From a virus (taxonomy: Duplodnaviria; Caudoviricetes), in IMG/VR virus record IMGVR_UViG_3300037634_007228, positions 19,138 to 83,137 of that record: a stretch of 64,000 nucleotides of DNA; one strand, 5' to 3'. Of this stretch, positions 1 to 9,066 are shown one piece after another. The position numbers and the translations under genes are program-made. The notes beneath the pieces were generated by a model. That model worked only from the letters and a program-made list of their open reading frames with translations, was not told where the DNA came from and ran no database searches. Position 1 is the stretch's first letter. Each line of letters starts with the position of its first letter.

Positions 1-166
1 CCTGCTTGGACAACTTGAAGGCTTCCTTGATGCTCTCAGTGTTTTTATTTTTTTTAAGGAGAACATAGACCACAACGGTGTAAGCAGCCAGAGCAAGATA
101 ATGCCAATATTTAATAACTGTTGCCCAAGCTTTCTTAAAAAATGTTTTTACTGCTAACCACGTCAT
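1..166 (-). CDS. Partial small membrane-anchored protein (runs off window edge); resembles 907..1209
   Basis: Hand translation from ATG at 166: MTWLAVKTFFKKAWATVIKYWHYLALAAYTVVVYVLLKKNKNTESIKEAFKLSKQ..., open to base 1. Aromatic N-terminus, one hydrophobic segment, then a charged tail. Not in the ORF track. Confidence 0.55.
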   Translation of the reverse strand, partial: MTWLAVKTFFKKAWATVIKYWHYLALAAYTVVVYVLLKKNKNTESIKEAFKLSKQ

Positions 167-218
167 AATGTCTCATTTCATTCGCCAAGTGATAAAAACT
201 TTATCACAACTCATCGGG

Positions 219-509
219 TCAGGTTTCCTTTAGTTCTTTTACAGGAGTGTCGTCCGCAAGCCTGAACATGCGTAACCAAGCGATGGCTCGTTCCAACTCG
301 CGCACCGCGTGCTCGACTTCAGTCGTCGTAAACTCGACCGCGACGGTTCCCCCCTGCGACCGCGCATTGAAAAGATTCTTTAAATCAGTTATGTTCCTAA
401 TCTCGGCGGGGCTTTCGCCCAAAGCGGCTTCTTGAGTGAGATTGTCCAGCGTTGCTTCATCAAGATGTTCCTTGATGATCTTTTTAAGTTCTTTGCGTGA
501 AATCTTCAT
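219..509 (-). CDS. Hypothetical protein with N-terminal MKISRKELKKIIKE motif (possible head-internal protein)
   Basis: 96-aa ORF co-oriented with and abutting its neighbours. The amphipathic N-terminal motif ends in I-x-E. Confidence 0.6.
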   Translation of the reverse strand: MKISRKELKKIIKEHLDEATLDNLTQEAALGESPAEIRNITDLKNLFNARSQGGTVAVEFTTTEVEHAVRELERAIAWLRMFRLADDTPVKELKET

Positions 510-907
510 TATTTCTTTTTCCTCTTCTTCGCCATTTTGCGAAAGGTTTTAGCAAGATTGTATCGCTTGCTACCGGGAGGACAACTTGGACTGCCATATT
601 TGTCTCCGGTACAGACGCCTTCCGTGCCGCGCTTCTCAATGTCTTTTTCGGCGCTTTGAATCCACTTTTCTTCTTCGGTCAACATGGTCGTCAACTCTTC
701 TACAATAATCTCTTGTAATCGCTGCCGTGATACTGTCATTTGTTGGTCCTCGTTGGTTGTTTCCTCTACACTATATAGTTTCCCCATATAGCCAGAGGGA
801 TCACTTGTGCAACCAACTTTTTCGTTGGTTCCCTTTTTATAAATAGCGTGAGTGCCCGAAGATCCATCTTCTTTCTTGCATTTTTGTTTCTTAGCTTCGT
901 AGGGCAT
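509..907 (-). CDS. Small basic Cys-containing hypothetical protein (possible head-internal/DNA-binding)
   Basis: 132 aa; internal MTVSRQRLQEIIVEE motif; C-terminus LAKTFRKMAKKRKKK. Shares 1-bp overlaps with both neighbours. Confidence 0.6.
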   Translation of the reverse strand: MPYEAKKQKCKKEDGSSGTHAIYKKGTNEKVGCTSDPSGYMGKLYSVEETTNEDQQMTVSRQRLQEIIVEELTTMLTEEEKWIQSAEKDIEKRGTEGVCTGDKYGSPSCPPGSKRYNLAKTFRKMAKKRKKK

Positions 908-1209
908 TATTCTTCCTCGACCGATGTTTGTTTGTCCCGGTTAATCAACCAGTGGGTCGCTTCGTCTTGCTTGTGAGCGGGACACAACTTCTGCAACTCT
1001 TTGTGGTGCCGGTGCTCTAAAACTTTTATTTCTTTGTCTCCAGCTTTTAGCTTCTTCTCAACGGTCTCGGCAAACGTTTCATCTTCTTTTTTGTAGAGAA
1101 AAAACTTATAAAGAAAGTAGCTTGCCATCAACCAAACCCCGGTGCCGTAATAGGTTTTTAACCAAACCCACGATTTGAGCGTCCAATGTTTTACGAACAA
1201 CCAAGACAT
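907..1209 (-). CDS. Membrane-anchored protein with charged C-terminal region (spanin-like topology, uncertain)
   Basis: Likely start is ATG at 1209, overlapping the upstream stop (TGATG). Sequence MSWLFVKHWTLKSWVWLKTYYGTGVWLMASYFLYKFFLYKKEDE... Confidence 0.55.
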   Translation of the reverse strand: MSWLFVKHWTLKSWVWLKTYYGTGVWLMASYFLYKFFLYKKEDETFAETVEKKLKAGDKEIKVLEHRHHKELQKLCPAHKQDEATHWLINRDKQTSVEEE

Positions 1210-1424
1210 CAGCCTCCTTTTTTCAAAAACTGACCCGACTTCCAAGCTGTGGCAATATCTGCCAAACCCTGTGAACCAATATAAGCCAAAGCAATGGCGA
1301 CCCACTGTTCGCCATTCAGCTTCTCAGCAAAAAGCAAACCAGTTGTCGTCATCCACACCAGCAATTTTCTGGAAAGGTATTTCTCTAAATGTCTATCTAC
1401 AAATGCTTTCATACGCGCCATCAT
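1209..1424 (-). CDS. Small two-helix membrane protein, holin-like
   Basis: 71 aa with two hydrophobic segments (LLVWMTTTGLLFA; WVAIALAYIGSQGLADIATAW) and basic termini. GAGG Shine-Dalgarno upstream. Confidence 0.5.
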   Translation of the reverse strand: MMARMKAFVDRHLEKYLSRKLLVWMTTTGLLFAEKLNGEQWVAIALAYIGSQGLADIATAWKSGQFLKKGG

Positions 1425-1431
1425 TTTATCC

Positions 1432-4400
1432 TCATTGATTTATATGGGCGCATCCATCGTACTTGTCAACTGTAATGACTTTCTGTACCGAATCCTTCAG
1501 CCCATCTATGTGAGTAATTAGTAACGTCGTCTTGAAATGCTCTTTGAGAATATCGAGGATACGAGTGAACCCCTCCATGTTGTTGGCATCCAGTGCGGTG
1601 CCCGGTTCATCCAGAATAAAGAGATCGGACTTAGGCATATTGCTCACATTCAAAAGGGCAATCCGAATAGCCATAGCAGCGAGAGTTTTCTCTGCACCAG
1701 AGCCTAACTCCAATGGTCTGGACTCCTGATCTTTGTGCTGTAAGAAGATTTCCAGCTTTCTTCCGTTGTCCTCAAAATAAACACTGAAGTCCACAACATT
1801 AGTCAACACCTCGGCGATGGCTTCGTTGATTACTGGGAGTTTGTTTTTGATGACTTGGAATGCGATGCCGTTGGGGTGCATACATTTCATGAAAAGCTCA
1901 TATGCAGAATATTCTTTTCGCGTCTTATCAAGCTCAGACCTTTTATTTTGTATCTCGTCCAAACGAGCCTGAAGCGAGCCTTCCTGCTTGTGCAGGACTA
2001 AAAGCTGTTCCTGACACTGCTGTCGTTCCAGCTTGGTCGTTTCTATCTGTCTCTCGATAATCTTCTTCTGCTTACACAAGTCAGCAGCATTGAGGATCGC
2101 CTCACGGTTTTCTTCAAAGTAATCCAACTTGTCACGCAGTTTGGAGAGGGCATCACCCACCTGAACTTTTTGTTGCTCTTCTTTTGCGATTTGTAGACGC
2201 AATGCTGAAACAGTGTGTTCGTTCTCCAAAATCTTTGTCTTTAGGGCTTCCATCTTAGCCAAGGTTTCTTCTGCCGTGTTTTCCTCAATAAACTCAACCA
2301 GTGTGGCTTCTTCTGTTTGGTTTTTAGCCAAAGCCAGCTTCGTAGTTGGAATCACCTCTTTTGCGGAGAAAGCGGACGAAATAAAGGGGCACGAGTCTTT
2401 GAACTTATCCCCACAAGGAATCTGGTCCAGAACCTTCACCTCTTTCTGTAGATAAGCTAAATCGCGGTTGTAGCCTGTGTTTTCAGCCAACACAGAACTT
2501 AGCTCGGCTTTTAGTTTTGTGCGCTCTTCTTTTTCTTTGAGAAGCTTCTCTTCATCAAAGGTGGGCAACAGTTCTTTACCCTTGGTTATAAAATCAAGAG
2601 TCTCATCGATCTTCTCCGTGTGCCGCTCAATTAAACGATCCGTTCCCTCCAGAAGCATTTCGAAGCTAGTAATCTGATCGCCAACTGCTTCAGGATCAAT
2701 AATGATTGCTGGAACAGATTCTATCTTTACAGACACGTCTGCAAGCCACTCAACCAGAGACTGTTGTGCTTTCTCATAATCGTGGCACTTTTTGTCTTTT
2801 TGTTTAATGTCGGCAATAGCTGTCTCTAGGGCTTTTTTTATTTCTTCTTCGTCCTTGGACAAATCAAAACTTTCCAGCTTACGCAAGTAGCCCTTTGTAT
2901 CACTGCTTTCAGCTTTGGCAAGCTTGAACTTTCTATCGAAGAACTCCAAGTCAAGAAACTTAGCCAGAATCTCCTTGCGCCGGGTCGATCCTTCGCTGAT
3001 AAATGATAAGGCTCCCAACTGTGATGACATTGATGTCAATAAAAAATCTTCTAAGGTTCCAAACGTATGCCGAATCGCCGAATCAGTTTTATTTCTGTCT
3101 GTGGCGTCCAAAACCTCTTTATCACCTGTTGCCACGTCTAGAACCGAAAACTTCACATCGGTGCGAGCCTCGGTGGTCACTTGGCGATGGAGTTTCTTTT
3201 CATATTTTTCACTTGTTCGCTCGACGGTGTAAAGTTTTGTTCCAACTTGAATCTTTACTTTTCCTCTTCCTTTTTGCTTGCCGTCGTTTACAATATCCAC
3301 ATTTTTGCGAACATTCTTTGACGTAGAGTTGAAAAGAGTATATAATAACGAGTCAACAATGGACGACTTGCCTGAGAAATTCTTACCAAAAATGCCAACC
3401 AGACCACGAATGTTTTCAAAATTTATCTTGTTGTCAGCACCATAACAGAAAAGATTGTCCCACTCCAGTTCTTTGAGAGACCAGTTGACATTGCGAGCCA
3501 CTTCCTCATCTTCTTCGGCTGTGCGGTTGAACCTTTCATTAAGCGCAAAGATTTCAGTGAGTTGTTCCTCGGTGGGATTGTAATCCTTGAGATAATCTCG
3601 GATAAGTTCTTGTTGTACTTGAACATCTCTAAGATTTTGCTCTGTCACGTCCTCTGTATTGACCGAAGATAGTGTCACACCACCCTTGTTCAAGAAGACA
3701 AGACTCTCAGGCTTGTAGCGAGTCCTAGCCACGTCTGAAGCCTTTCTAATCGCTTCCATTGGAAGCTTGTTGTTCGCCACCAAACGAATTCTTGCTCCGA
3801 GGGGAACTTGAGTCCTTTTGGGGATCTTTCCTTTCTTTGTAAGCTCGACTGTGATGAACGGCTTTGGGTTCTTGAAGGTGTGGAGTTCTACATCAAAATC
3901 CTCCTTGGAGCGAATGTTCCAAAGAAGGTAACCCTTGTCTTGCCCCTCCGCAAAACCCTGTTGCACAGTTGAACCACAATACCTCACCTTGCCGTCGTTG
4001 TCAAGGGTTTGATTCGATTTATGAATGTCACCCAGCATCGCGAAGTCGAAGCCTTCGAAGATGGATACGTCGTTTTCGCCGTGTTCCATCACCCAACCAA
4101 GAGAGGTCTCACAGCCCGAAATGGACCCGTGGTACAGCGCAATGTTGATTTTATTTAGATCACTCGGCTTAAGCCAGTTATCTGTGTCAAACACCGAAAG
4201 TACATTGAACGTCACCTTGTCGTTGAACTTGTGTTCTCCTGAGTTCTTCAAAAGAGTGATGTTCGGGTGGTCCAAGGCGACCACCAATGGTGTAATCGCA
4301 TCTTGCCTTGACGAGTTGCGAAGATTGCCATCATGGTTACCGGGAATCACAATAAGCGGAGCAATGTCCGCTAGGTTCTTCATAAAATCTGTAGCGAGGT

Positions 4401-4590
4401 CAAAATACTCTGGCGAGAGGTTGACCTTGGTGTGAGCCAAATCCCCACAGTGTACAATCGCGTCAGGCTTCTGCTGACGGATTTTATCATACATTTGTGA
4501 AAATACCACTCGGTATTCCTTGTGGTACTTTAAGTTTCTAATGTGTGTGTCGCTGATATGAACTACTCTCAAATTATCTCCTAAATACAA
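1432..4590 (-). CDS. Fused Mre11/SbcD nuclease - Rad50/SbcC ATPase
   Basis: Metallophosphoesterase motifs HISDTH, HCGD, PGNHD, LGDIHK. Walker A GKNFSGKS, long coiled coil, central Cys pair, signature-like LGSGAEK, Walker B/D-loop LFILDEPGTALD, H-loop ITH. Confidence 0.92.
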   Translation of the reverse strand: MYLGDNLRVVHISDTHIRNLKYHKEYRVVFSQMYDKIRQQKPDAIVHCGDLAHTKVNLSPEYFDLATDFMKNLADIAPLIVIPGNHDGNLRNSSRQDAITPLVVALDHPNITLLKNSGEHKFNDKVTFNVLSVFDTDNWLKPSDLNKINIALYHGSISGCETSLGWVMEHGENDVSIFEGFDFAMLGDIHKSNQTLDNDGKVRYCGSTVQQGFAEGQDKGYLLWNIRSKEDFDVELHTFKNPKPFITVELTKKGKIPKRTQVPLGARIRLVANNKLPMEAIRKASDVARTRYKPESLVFLNKGGVTLSSVNTEDVTEQNLRDVQVQQELIRDYLKDYNPTEEQLTEIFALNERFNRTAEEDEEVARNVNWSLKELEWDNLFCYGADNKINFENIRGLVGIFGKNFSGKSSIVDSLLYTLFNSTSKNVRKNVDIVNDGKQKGRGKVKIQVGTKLYTVERTSEKYEKKLHRQVTTEARTDVKFSVLDVATGDKEVLDATDRNKTDSAIRHTFGTLEDFLLTSMSSQLGALSFISEGSTRRKEILAKFLDLEFFDRKFKLAKAESSDTKGYLRKLESFDLSKDEEEIKKALETAIADIKQKDKKCHDYEKAQQSLVEWLADVSVKIESVPAIIIDPEAVGDQITSFEMLLEGTDRLIERHTEKIDETLDFITKGKELLPTFDEEKLLKEKEERTKLKAELSSVLAENTGYNRDLAYLQKEVKVLDQIPCGDKFKDSCPFISSAFSAKEVIPTTKLALAKNQTEEATLVEFIEENTAEETLAKMEALKTKILENEHTVSALRLQIAKEEQQKVQVGDALSKLRDKLDYFEENREAILNAADLCKQKKIIERQIETTKLERQQCQEQLLVLHKQEGSLQARLDEIQNKRSELDKTRKEYSAYELFMKCMHPNGIAFQVIKNKLPVINEAIAEVLTNVVDFSVYFEDNGRKLEIFLQHKDQESRPLELGSGAEKTLAAMAIRIALLNVSNMPKSDLFILDEPGTALDANNMEGFTRILDILKEHFKTTLLITHIDGLKDSVQKVITVDKYDGCAHINQ

Positions 4591-5519
4591 GCAACCTGCA
4601 TAGCCAAAAGACTATCAGGGTTGACCCACGTTGCTTGCCGCTTTCTCTCTAAGAACTGCCCCATTGTCATTTCGCCAACATCGGCAAAACCTGTGATGTC
4701 CACTTTGTAAACATCTACATCATATTGTAACAGTTTTTGCATTATTTTATAAGCCTTTTCGTCCGCATCTGGATCGAGAGCGAAGTAAACTGCGGTATCA
4801 TTATCAACGATACTTTGAAAGAGTTTGCTGTTCTCCTTGAGGGTGGAACCCAAAATGGGAACTGCATTTTCTCCTGCGACGATGGCATCAAAGACACCCT
4901 CGACAAGCACGATATGCTGTTTGAAATCAAGGTAAAGCTCGTTGAAAATAATGTCCTTGCTTACGTTCGGGTTTTTATATTTTGCCCACGTTCCTTTATA
5001 AACGCGGCTTACAAAGAAGTTTGGATCTCCGTTCTTGTTGAAAGATGGAATCACAATCCTGTTTTTGTATTCTCCTGCTGGACAGTAACCAATCTTCCAA
5101 AACAGAATCTCGTCCATTGTGACACCTCGGCTTGCAAGATAATGTCTTGCTGGTAATGATGACATGGGGAGATGTTTGTTTCCAAGGAAAATATATTCTT
5201 CGGGAAGGTCTATGACCTGTATATAATCATCTTTTTTGTCCTCGTTGAAAAGCTCATCAAACAAGGTGAGGTCTACGTCTGTAGACAGTTCAAGCCACGC
5301 TTGCTGGTTCGAAAATGAACCAAAACGCCGAATCAAGCGATAAACGCTTCGTCCTGCGTAGTTACAGTGCCAACACTGAAACTTGTCCTTGTCAATGTTG
5401 ACTGATAGTTTGTTTTTGGAATGTTTACAGTTGGGACAATGGAACAAGCGTTCGTTGCCCGTCTTGCGGAAGTCTCCTAAGACTCTGCGGAGGATTGTTG
5501 CTTTTTCCATCTTGACCAC
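4581..5519 (-). CDS. DNA primase (Zn finger + TOPRIM)
   Basis: Zn finger CPNCKH...QCWHC; RIVIP; TOPRIM motifs VLVEGVFDA and LDPDA. True start may be 5510. Confidence 0.87.
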   Translation of the reverse strand: MVKMEKATILRRVLGDFRKTGNERLFHCPNCKHSKNKLSVNIDKDKFQCWHCNYAGRSVYRLIRRFGSFSNQQAWLELSTDVDLTLFDELFNEDKKDDYIQVIDLPEEYIFLGNKHLPMSSLPARHYLASRGVTMDEILFWKIGYCPAGEYKNRIVIPSFNKNGDPNFFVSRVYKGTWAKYKNPNVSKDIIFNELYLDFKQHIVLVEGVFDAIVAGENAVPILGSTLKENSKLFQSIVDNDTAVYFALDPDADEKAYKIMQKLLQYDVDVYKVDITGFADVGEMTMGQFLERKRQATWVNPDSLLAMQVACI

Positions 5520-6013
5520 CCCGCTTTAGCGATAATCCAACTGTCAGCGCGGTCATACACTCCCGGCTTTGGATTACCATGTTTAGTATATTGTACACTA
5601 AAAGTAGGGTCGTTGTCAAGAACAAATTGCAAAACAACTGGTTTTGCCTTTTGACCTCTGGGAATCTTCAAATTGACTTCCTTACGGGCTTGTCCCGCTG
5701 TTAAATACTGTGGCTTAACGCCAATCGTTGCATAAGAAATCCAGCTAACTGCACCATTGAATCTCTGAAGCGCAGACATCGTTTTAGCCGATGATCCCCC
5801 CGAACTAAAAAACATAAAGGGTTGTTCGATGTAAATCTCGGAAATGGCAAACTCTGTACGAACATCCATAAGGGCTGACCGCATTATTTCGCATTTGGTA
5901 AAGAAATCTTTGAACTTTCGCAAATCAACAGACGTACAATAGACCACATAACCTTGCCGGTCGATAACTGAAATGCCTGTGATTGAGGTAGAAACGTCAA
6001 GGGCTAATAACAT
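5477..6013 (-). CDS. ruvC: RuvC-like Holliday junction resolvase
   Basis: Acidic catalytic pattern LALDVSTSITG, IYIEQP, DRADS. Confidence 0.8.
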   Translation of the reverse strand: MLLALDVSTSITGISVIDRQGYVVYCTSVDLRKFKDFFTKCEIMRSALMDVRTEFAISEIYIEQPFMFFSSGGSSAKTMSALQRFNGAVSWISYATIGVKPQYLTAGQARKEVNLKIPRGQKAKPVVLQFVLDNDPTFSVQYTKHGNPKPGVYDRADSWIIAKAGWSRWKKQQSSAES

Positions 6014-6019
6014 ATATCT

Positions 6020-6025
6020 ATTATA
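6020..6025 (-). promoter_or_regulatory. Possible -10 element (TATAAT) 6 nt upstream of the ruvC ATG
   Basis: Minus strand reads TATAAT-AGATAT-ATG at the boundary between the structural and replication modules. No convincing -35 or SD. Confidence 0.35.
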
Positions 6026-7111
6026 CTACAAATCTAGTCTTATTTTAAAGGTATAGCCCGCATCTTCTGTCTTTTTAATTGGTTCCGCTAAATTTGCCAC
6101 CCCTAAAAGCTTCTGATTTTCATCATAAATTGCAACCTTAGAAATAAATGTAGTCTTTTTAAAGGGGGCATCAAAATTATTAAATGAAGAAGTTGTTATA
6201 TTTTTAATGGTAGCGGGAGTGCCAACATATAACAGTGATGACCCTGTTATTGTATTGGGGGTTGTCCCCGTTAAAATAAAGGTGGGGTTGTTGCTATAAT
6301 TGTATTTTCCCGGTGATGCGTGTGCAAACATAGTCAGGGTGGGAGTATATGTGGTTCCCTTAAAAACCATTTCGAACGAACTTTTAACCACACCAGCGCC
6401 CGTATCCGCAAAATCTATCCACGAACCCGTATCATACCCGCTTGTGTAGCCATCCGTCACATCATCGCCCAGAGCGCCAGTTCCAAAAAGAATAAAAAAT
6501 CCCTCGTTGTAAAGGGCGATACCGACAACATTACCAGTTGTGGATCCACTTACCTGTATCAACTCACCATCTTTATTTTTATCTGTAACTACGCTCACGA
6601 GCGATCCGGTATAATAAAAATCTAACCGGATTTGCCCCTTCTGTATGCTAGAGCCGTAAAAAACACTCGGAATAGAAATTAATCTTATTTCTTGTCCATC
6701 AATATAAGTGTTATAATCAAAATATTTTGACATAGAACCATAATAATCAATAGTGTTTTTCAAAGCCACCGTATGAGTTAAATCAGTTCCGAACTCCACA
6801 TCTACTGAAGAAGTGAGAGCCAAATAATTTTTAAATTGATCGCCGGGAAGTGCTGAAGCGTAGGCTGACACAGATGTGGTCGCCCAAGAAGCAAAATCTG
6901 AATCCTTATTCAAAAATTGATAAATGCGTTCATCGCCTGTACGATTGACGCTTAAATCATAAGCAGACAGCATACCATTGGTAACATTTGTGTTGGAGCT
7001 TGATATGTTATTTAAATAAGTTTCACCATCGGCAAACGTGAAGGTTACTTTCGGGTTTGCTTCAATGGTGTTGAAAAAAATCTCATCTGGGGCAAACTTA
7101 CTTTGCTTCAT
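6026..7111 (-). CDS. Virion structural protein (baseplate/tail-associated), paralog of 7111..8124
   Basis: C-terminal YNYSNNPTF...FISKVAIYDENQKLLGVANLAEPIKK...KIRLDL resembles tail-collar/baseplate C-terminal motifs. S/T/G-rich and beta-like. Confidence 0.6.
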   Translation of the reverse strand: MKQSKFAPDEIFFNTIEANPKVTFTFADGETYLNNISSSNTNVTNGMLSAYDLSVNRTGDERIYQFLNKDSDFASWATTSVSAYASALPGDQFKNYLALTSSVDVEFGTDLTHTVALKNTIDYYGSMSKYFDYNTYIDGQEIRLISIPSVFYGSSIQKGQIRLDFYYTGSLVSVVTDKNKDGELIQVSGSTTGNVVGIALYNEGFFILFGTGALGDDVTDGYTSGYDTGSWIDFADTGAGVVKSSFEMVFKGTTYTPTLTMFAHASPGKYNYSNNPTFILTGTTPNTITGSSLLYVGTPATIKNITTSSFNNFDAPFKKTTFISKVAIYDENQKLLGVANLAEPIKKTEDAGYTFKIRLDL

Positions 7112-8124
7112 TAGTAATCAAGGCGTACTCGCACCGTTATTTCATTTGCTGGCGTTTTCTTGATTGGTTCGCTCAATTTAGCGACCGCTAGCAACTCATT
7201 ATCAGCCGAATACAGACCAACCGTGGTAAAATAGGTAAGAGGTAAATCATCAGGAAGTTCTTTTACAAAAATCTGCGAAGAGGTCAAATAAGTCGGATTT
7301 GAACTATAATTAAAATCCGAATTTGTGGCTCGGCAGAAATAAATGGTAGAGTTAAGTTCCGTTGTATTATTGAATGAACAATCATACCATCGTCTTCGAA
7401 GACCCGCTGTAAACGCATCAATCGTAGAACCAGTCAGCGCGTTGTCACAAGCGTCTCCAGCAGCATCAAACGTGGTTACTCCGTGGAAAATTGAAGCAGA
7501 CAGAACGACGACTCCAGCGTCATAATAAATCAAACCCACTGGATTGGAGTCGCCACTTTTAATGATTCCATAGTCGCCTGCTGGGGAGTTTACTTTGTAG
7601 TTGTTTGCTGCGCCAGCGTCGGTGAAAGTGCCTATGTCGGTAGGAGCGGTATAAGTGCCCGATGTAAAAAATGAAATAGAAAAAGAACCCTTTTGAATAG
7701 CATCTTTGGATAAAATACGCGAGAAGTTCAAGAATATGGAGTCTTGATTCTTTGTTCCACCGGCTGCAAAGTTGCCATCTTGATCAAACTCTTGAGCAGA
7801 CCCAGTTGAATCAAACCCTGCCAAGACCTGTGCCATTGAGTTATAAATGTTAATCTTTTTCTTTTGCATAGTTGTGGTTGCTGCGGACGCACTTAAAGAC
7901 GAATTAGCCGAATACCCACAGGTTAAATCAAAGATGTGATTAGCAGACGAACTCAAATAAGGATAATCATATACCGAAACAAACATGCCGTGAGAAAAAG
8001 TTTTGATGTTTGTGTCGGCATAAGTGCCGCTGACTATTGTTCCGGTTAGCGGAAGAGCTTCATGCAGAAGCGTCTTGGTCGCTGTCCTATCCTTGGGAGT
8101 TAGTGTTTTAAAAGAGCTTGCCAT
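7111..8124 (-). CDS. Virion structural protein (baseplate/tail-associated), paralog of 6026..7111
   Basis: C-terminal FNYSSNPTY...YFTTVGLYSADNELLAVAKLSEPIKK...RVRLDY, located in the baseplate module. Confidence 0.65.
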   Translation of the reverse strand: MASSFKTLTPKDRTATKTLLHEALPLTGTIVSGTYADTNIKTFSHGMFVSVYDYPYLSSSANHIFDLTCGYSANSSLSASAATTTMQKKKINIYNSMAQVLAGFDSTGSAQEFDQDGNFAAGGTKNQDSIFLNFSRILSKDAIQKGSFSISFFTSGTYTAPTDIGTFTDAGAANNYKVNSPAGDYGIIKSGDSNPVGLIYYDAGVVVLSASIFHGVTTFDAAGDACDNALTGSTIDAFTAGLRRRWYDCSFNNTTELNSTIYFCRATNSDFNYSSNPTYLTSSQIFVKELPDDLPLTYFTTVGLYSADNELLAVAKLSEPIKKTPANEITVRVRLDY

Positions 8125-8128
8125 TTTT

Positions 8129-9052
8129 TTATCCTGTTATCTTTTTGGCGAACCTTAGGGGGATGTCTACTGAAAATCCCGTGGTGCCGCCTGTTATTCT
8201 TACGAGGGTGTCAATAAAGTTAAAAGTCGCTGAGTCTACTTCTGAAAATTCTACCCCGGTTGTTCCAAACTGATTATAAAGTGCATTTGAAGTCTGAAGA
8301 CTGATAGAGGCTTTAAACTTAAATTCCGCCATCCCTTGAAACGGTCCCGCTATATTATTGGTCGAGTCGTCTGTGAACTGATACTGAGTGTCAATCGCAT
8401 TAGTCACTATATAAGTGGCGACTTGATCATCATCAAGGAAATCGAAATCCAAGGTTTCTCCCGTTTTAACGTTAACAAGTTTACCCAAACGGTTATCGAG
8501 TTCAATTATAAGCTGGCTCTCCATTAAATCTGCATCAAGCGTGGTTTCTTTCGCTACTTTGGGTGAATCTAAACCAAAATCAACACGGACCTTGTTCGTG
8601 CCCGCGCCCTTCGAGCCATTCAAGACCCCCTGCGAGTTGATGCCCAACGTTGTCTCCGTAGCTAAATCCACAGCAACGACGTATGTATTGCCGTTGTCGG
8701 CATCAGTATATAAGCCGTAGCCCGTGTCGGTGATATTTTGTTTTATAATCGGCAAATACAACAAATCGTTTCTTGTATATGAAACAAGGCGGTGTTTTAA
8801 AAGCGACGTATTATTCGTGAATGCCTCTAAAACAGGTGTCTGCAAAATGCTCAAATCGTAAAAAGCAGAACCGGATGTATTTCTGCCGCCGACGTAGTTG
8901 ATGTTTTCATAAGACCAATAATTGATCTCATCATCTCCCAGAGCAAATTTAACGATCTTAAAAGAGCCGTCGCCTTTTGCCAAACGCATCCTACCTGTGT
9001 CGGTTAGGACGGCGTCTAAAATAATATCTCCACTGTTATCTAAAAATGCCAT
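8129..9052 (-). CDS. Virion structural protein (baseplate-associated), N-terminal paralog of 15794..16696
   Basis: N-terminus MAFLDNSGDIILDAVLTDTGRMRLAKG...KFALGDDEINY resembles the LT..GR..LA....A.GD motif of tail-collar/baseplate proteins. Confidence 0.6.
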   Translation of the reverse strand: MAFLDNSGDIILDAVLTDTGRMRLAKGDGSFKIVKFALGDDEINYWSYENINYVGGRNTSGSAFYDLSILQTPVLEAFTNNTSLLKHRLVSYTRNDLLYLPIIKQNITDTGYGLYTDADNGNTYVVAVDLATETTLGINSQGVLNGSKGAGTNKVRVDFGLDSPKVAKETTLDADLMESQLIIELDNRLGKLVNVKTGETLDFDFLDDDQVATYIVTNAIDTQYQFTDDSTNNIAGPFQGMAEFKFKASISLQTSNALYNQFGTTGVEFSEVDSATFNFIDTLVRITGGTTGFSVDIPLRFAKKITG

Positions 9053-9066
9053 AATACTTCCTCTTA

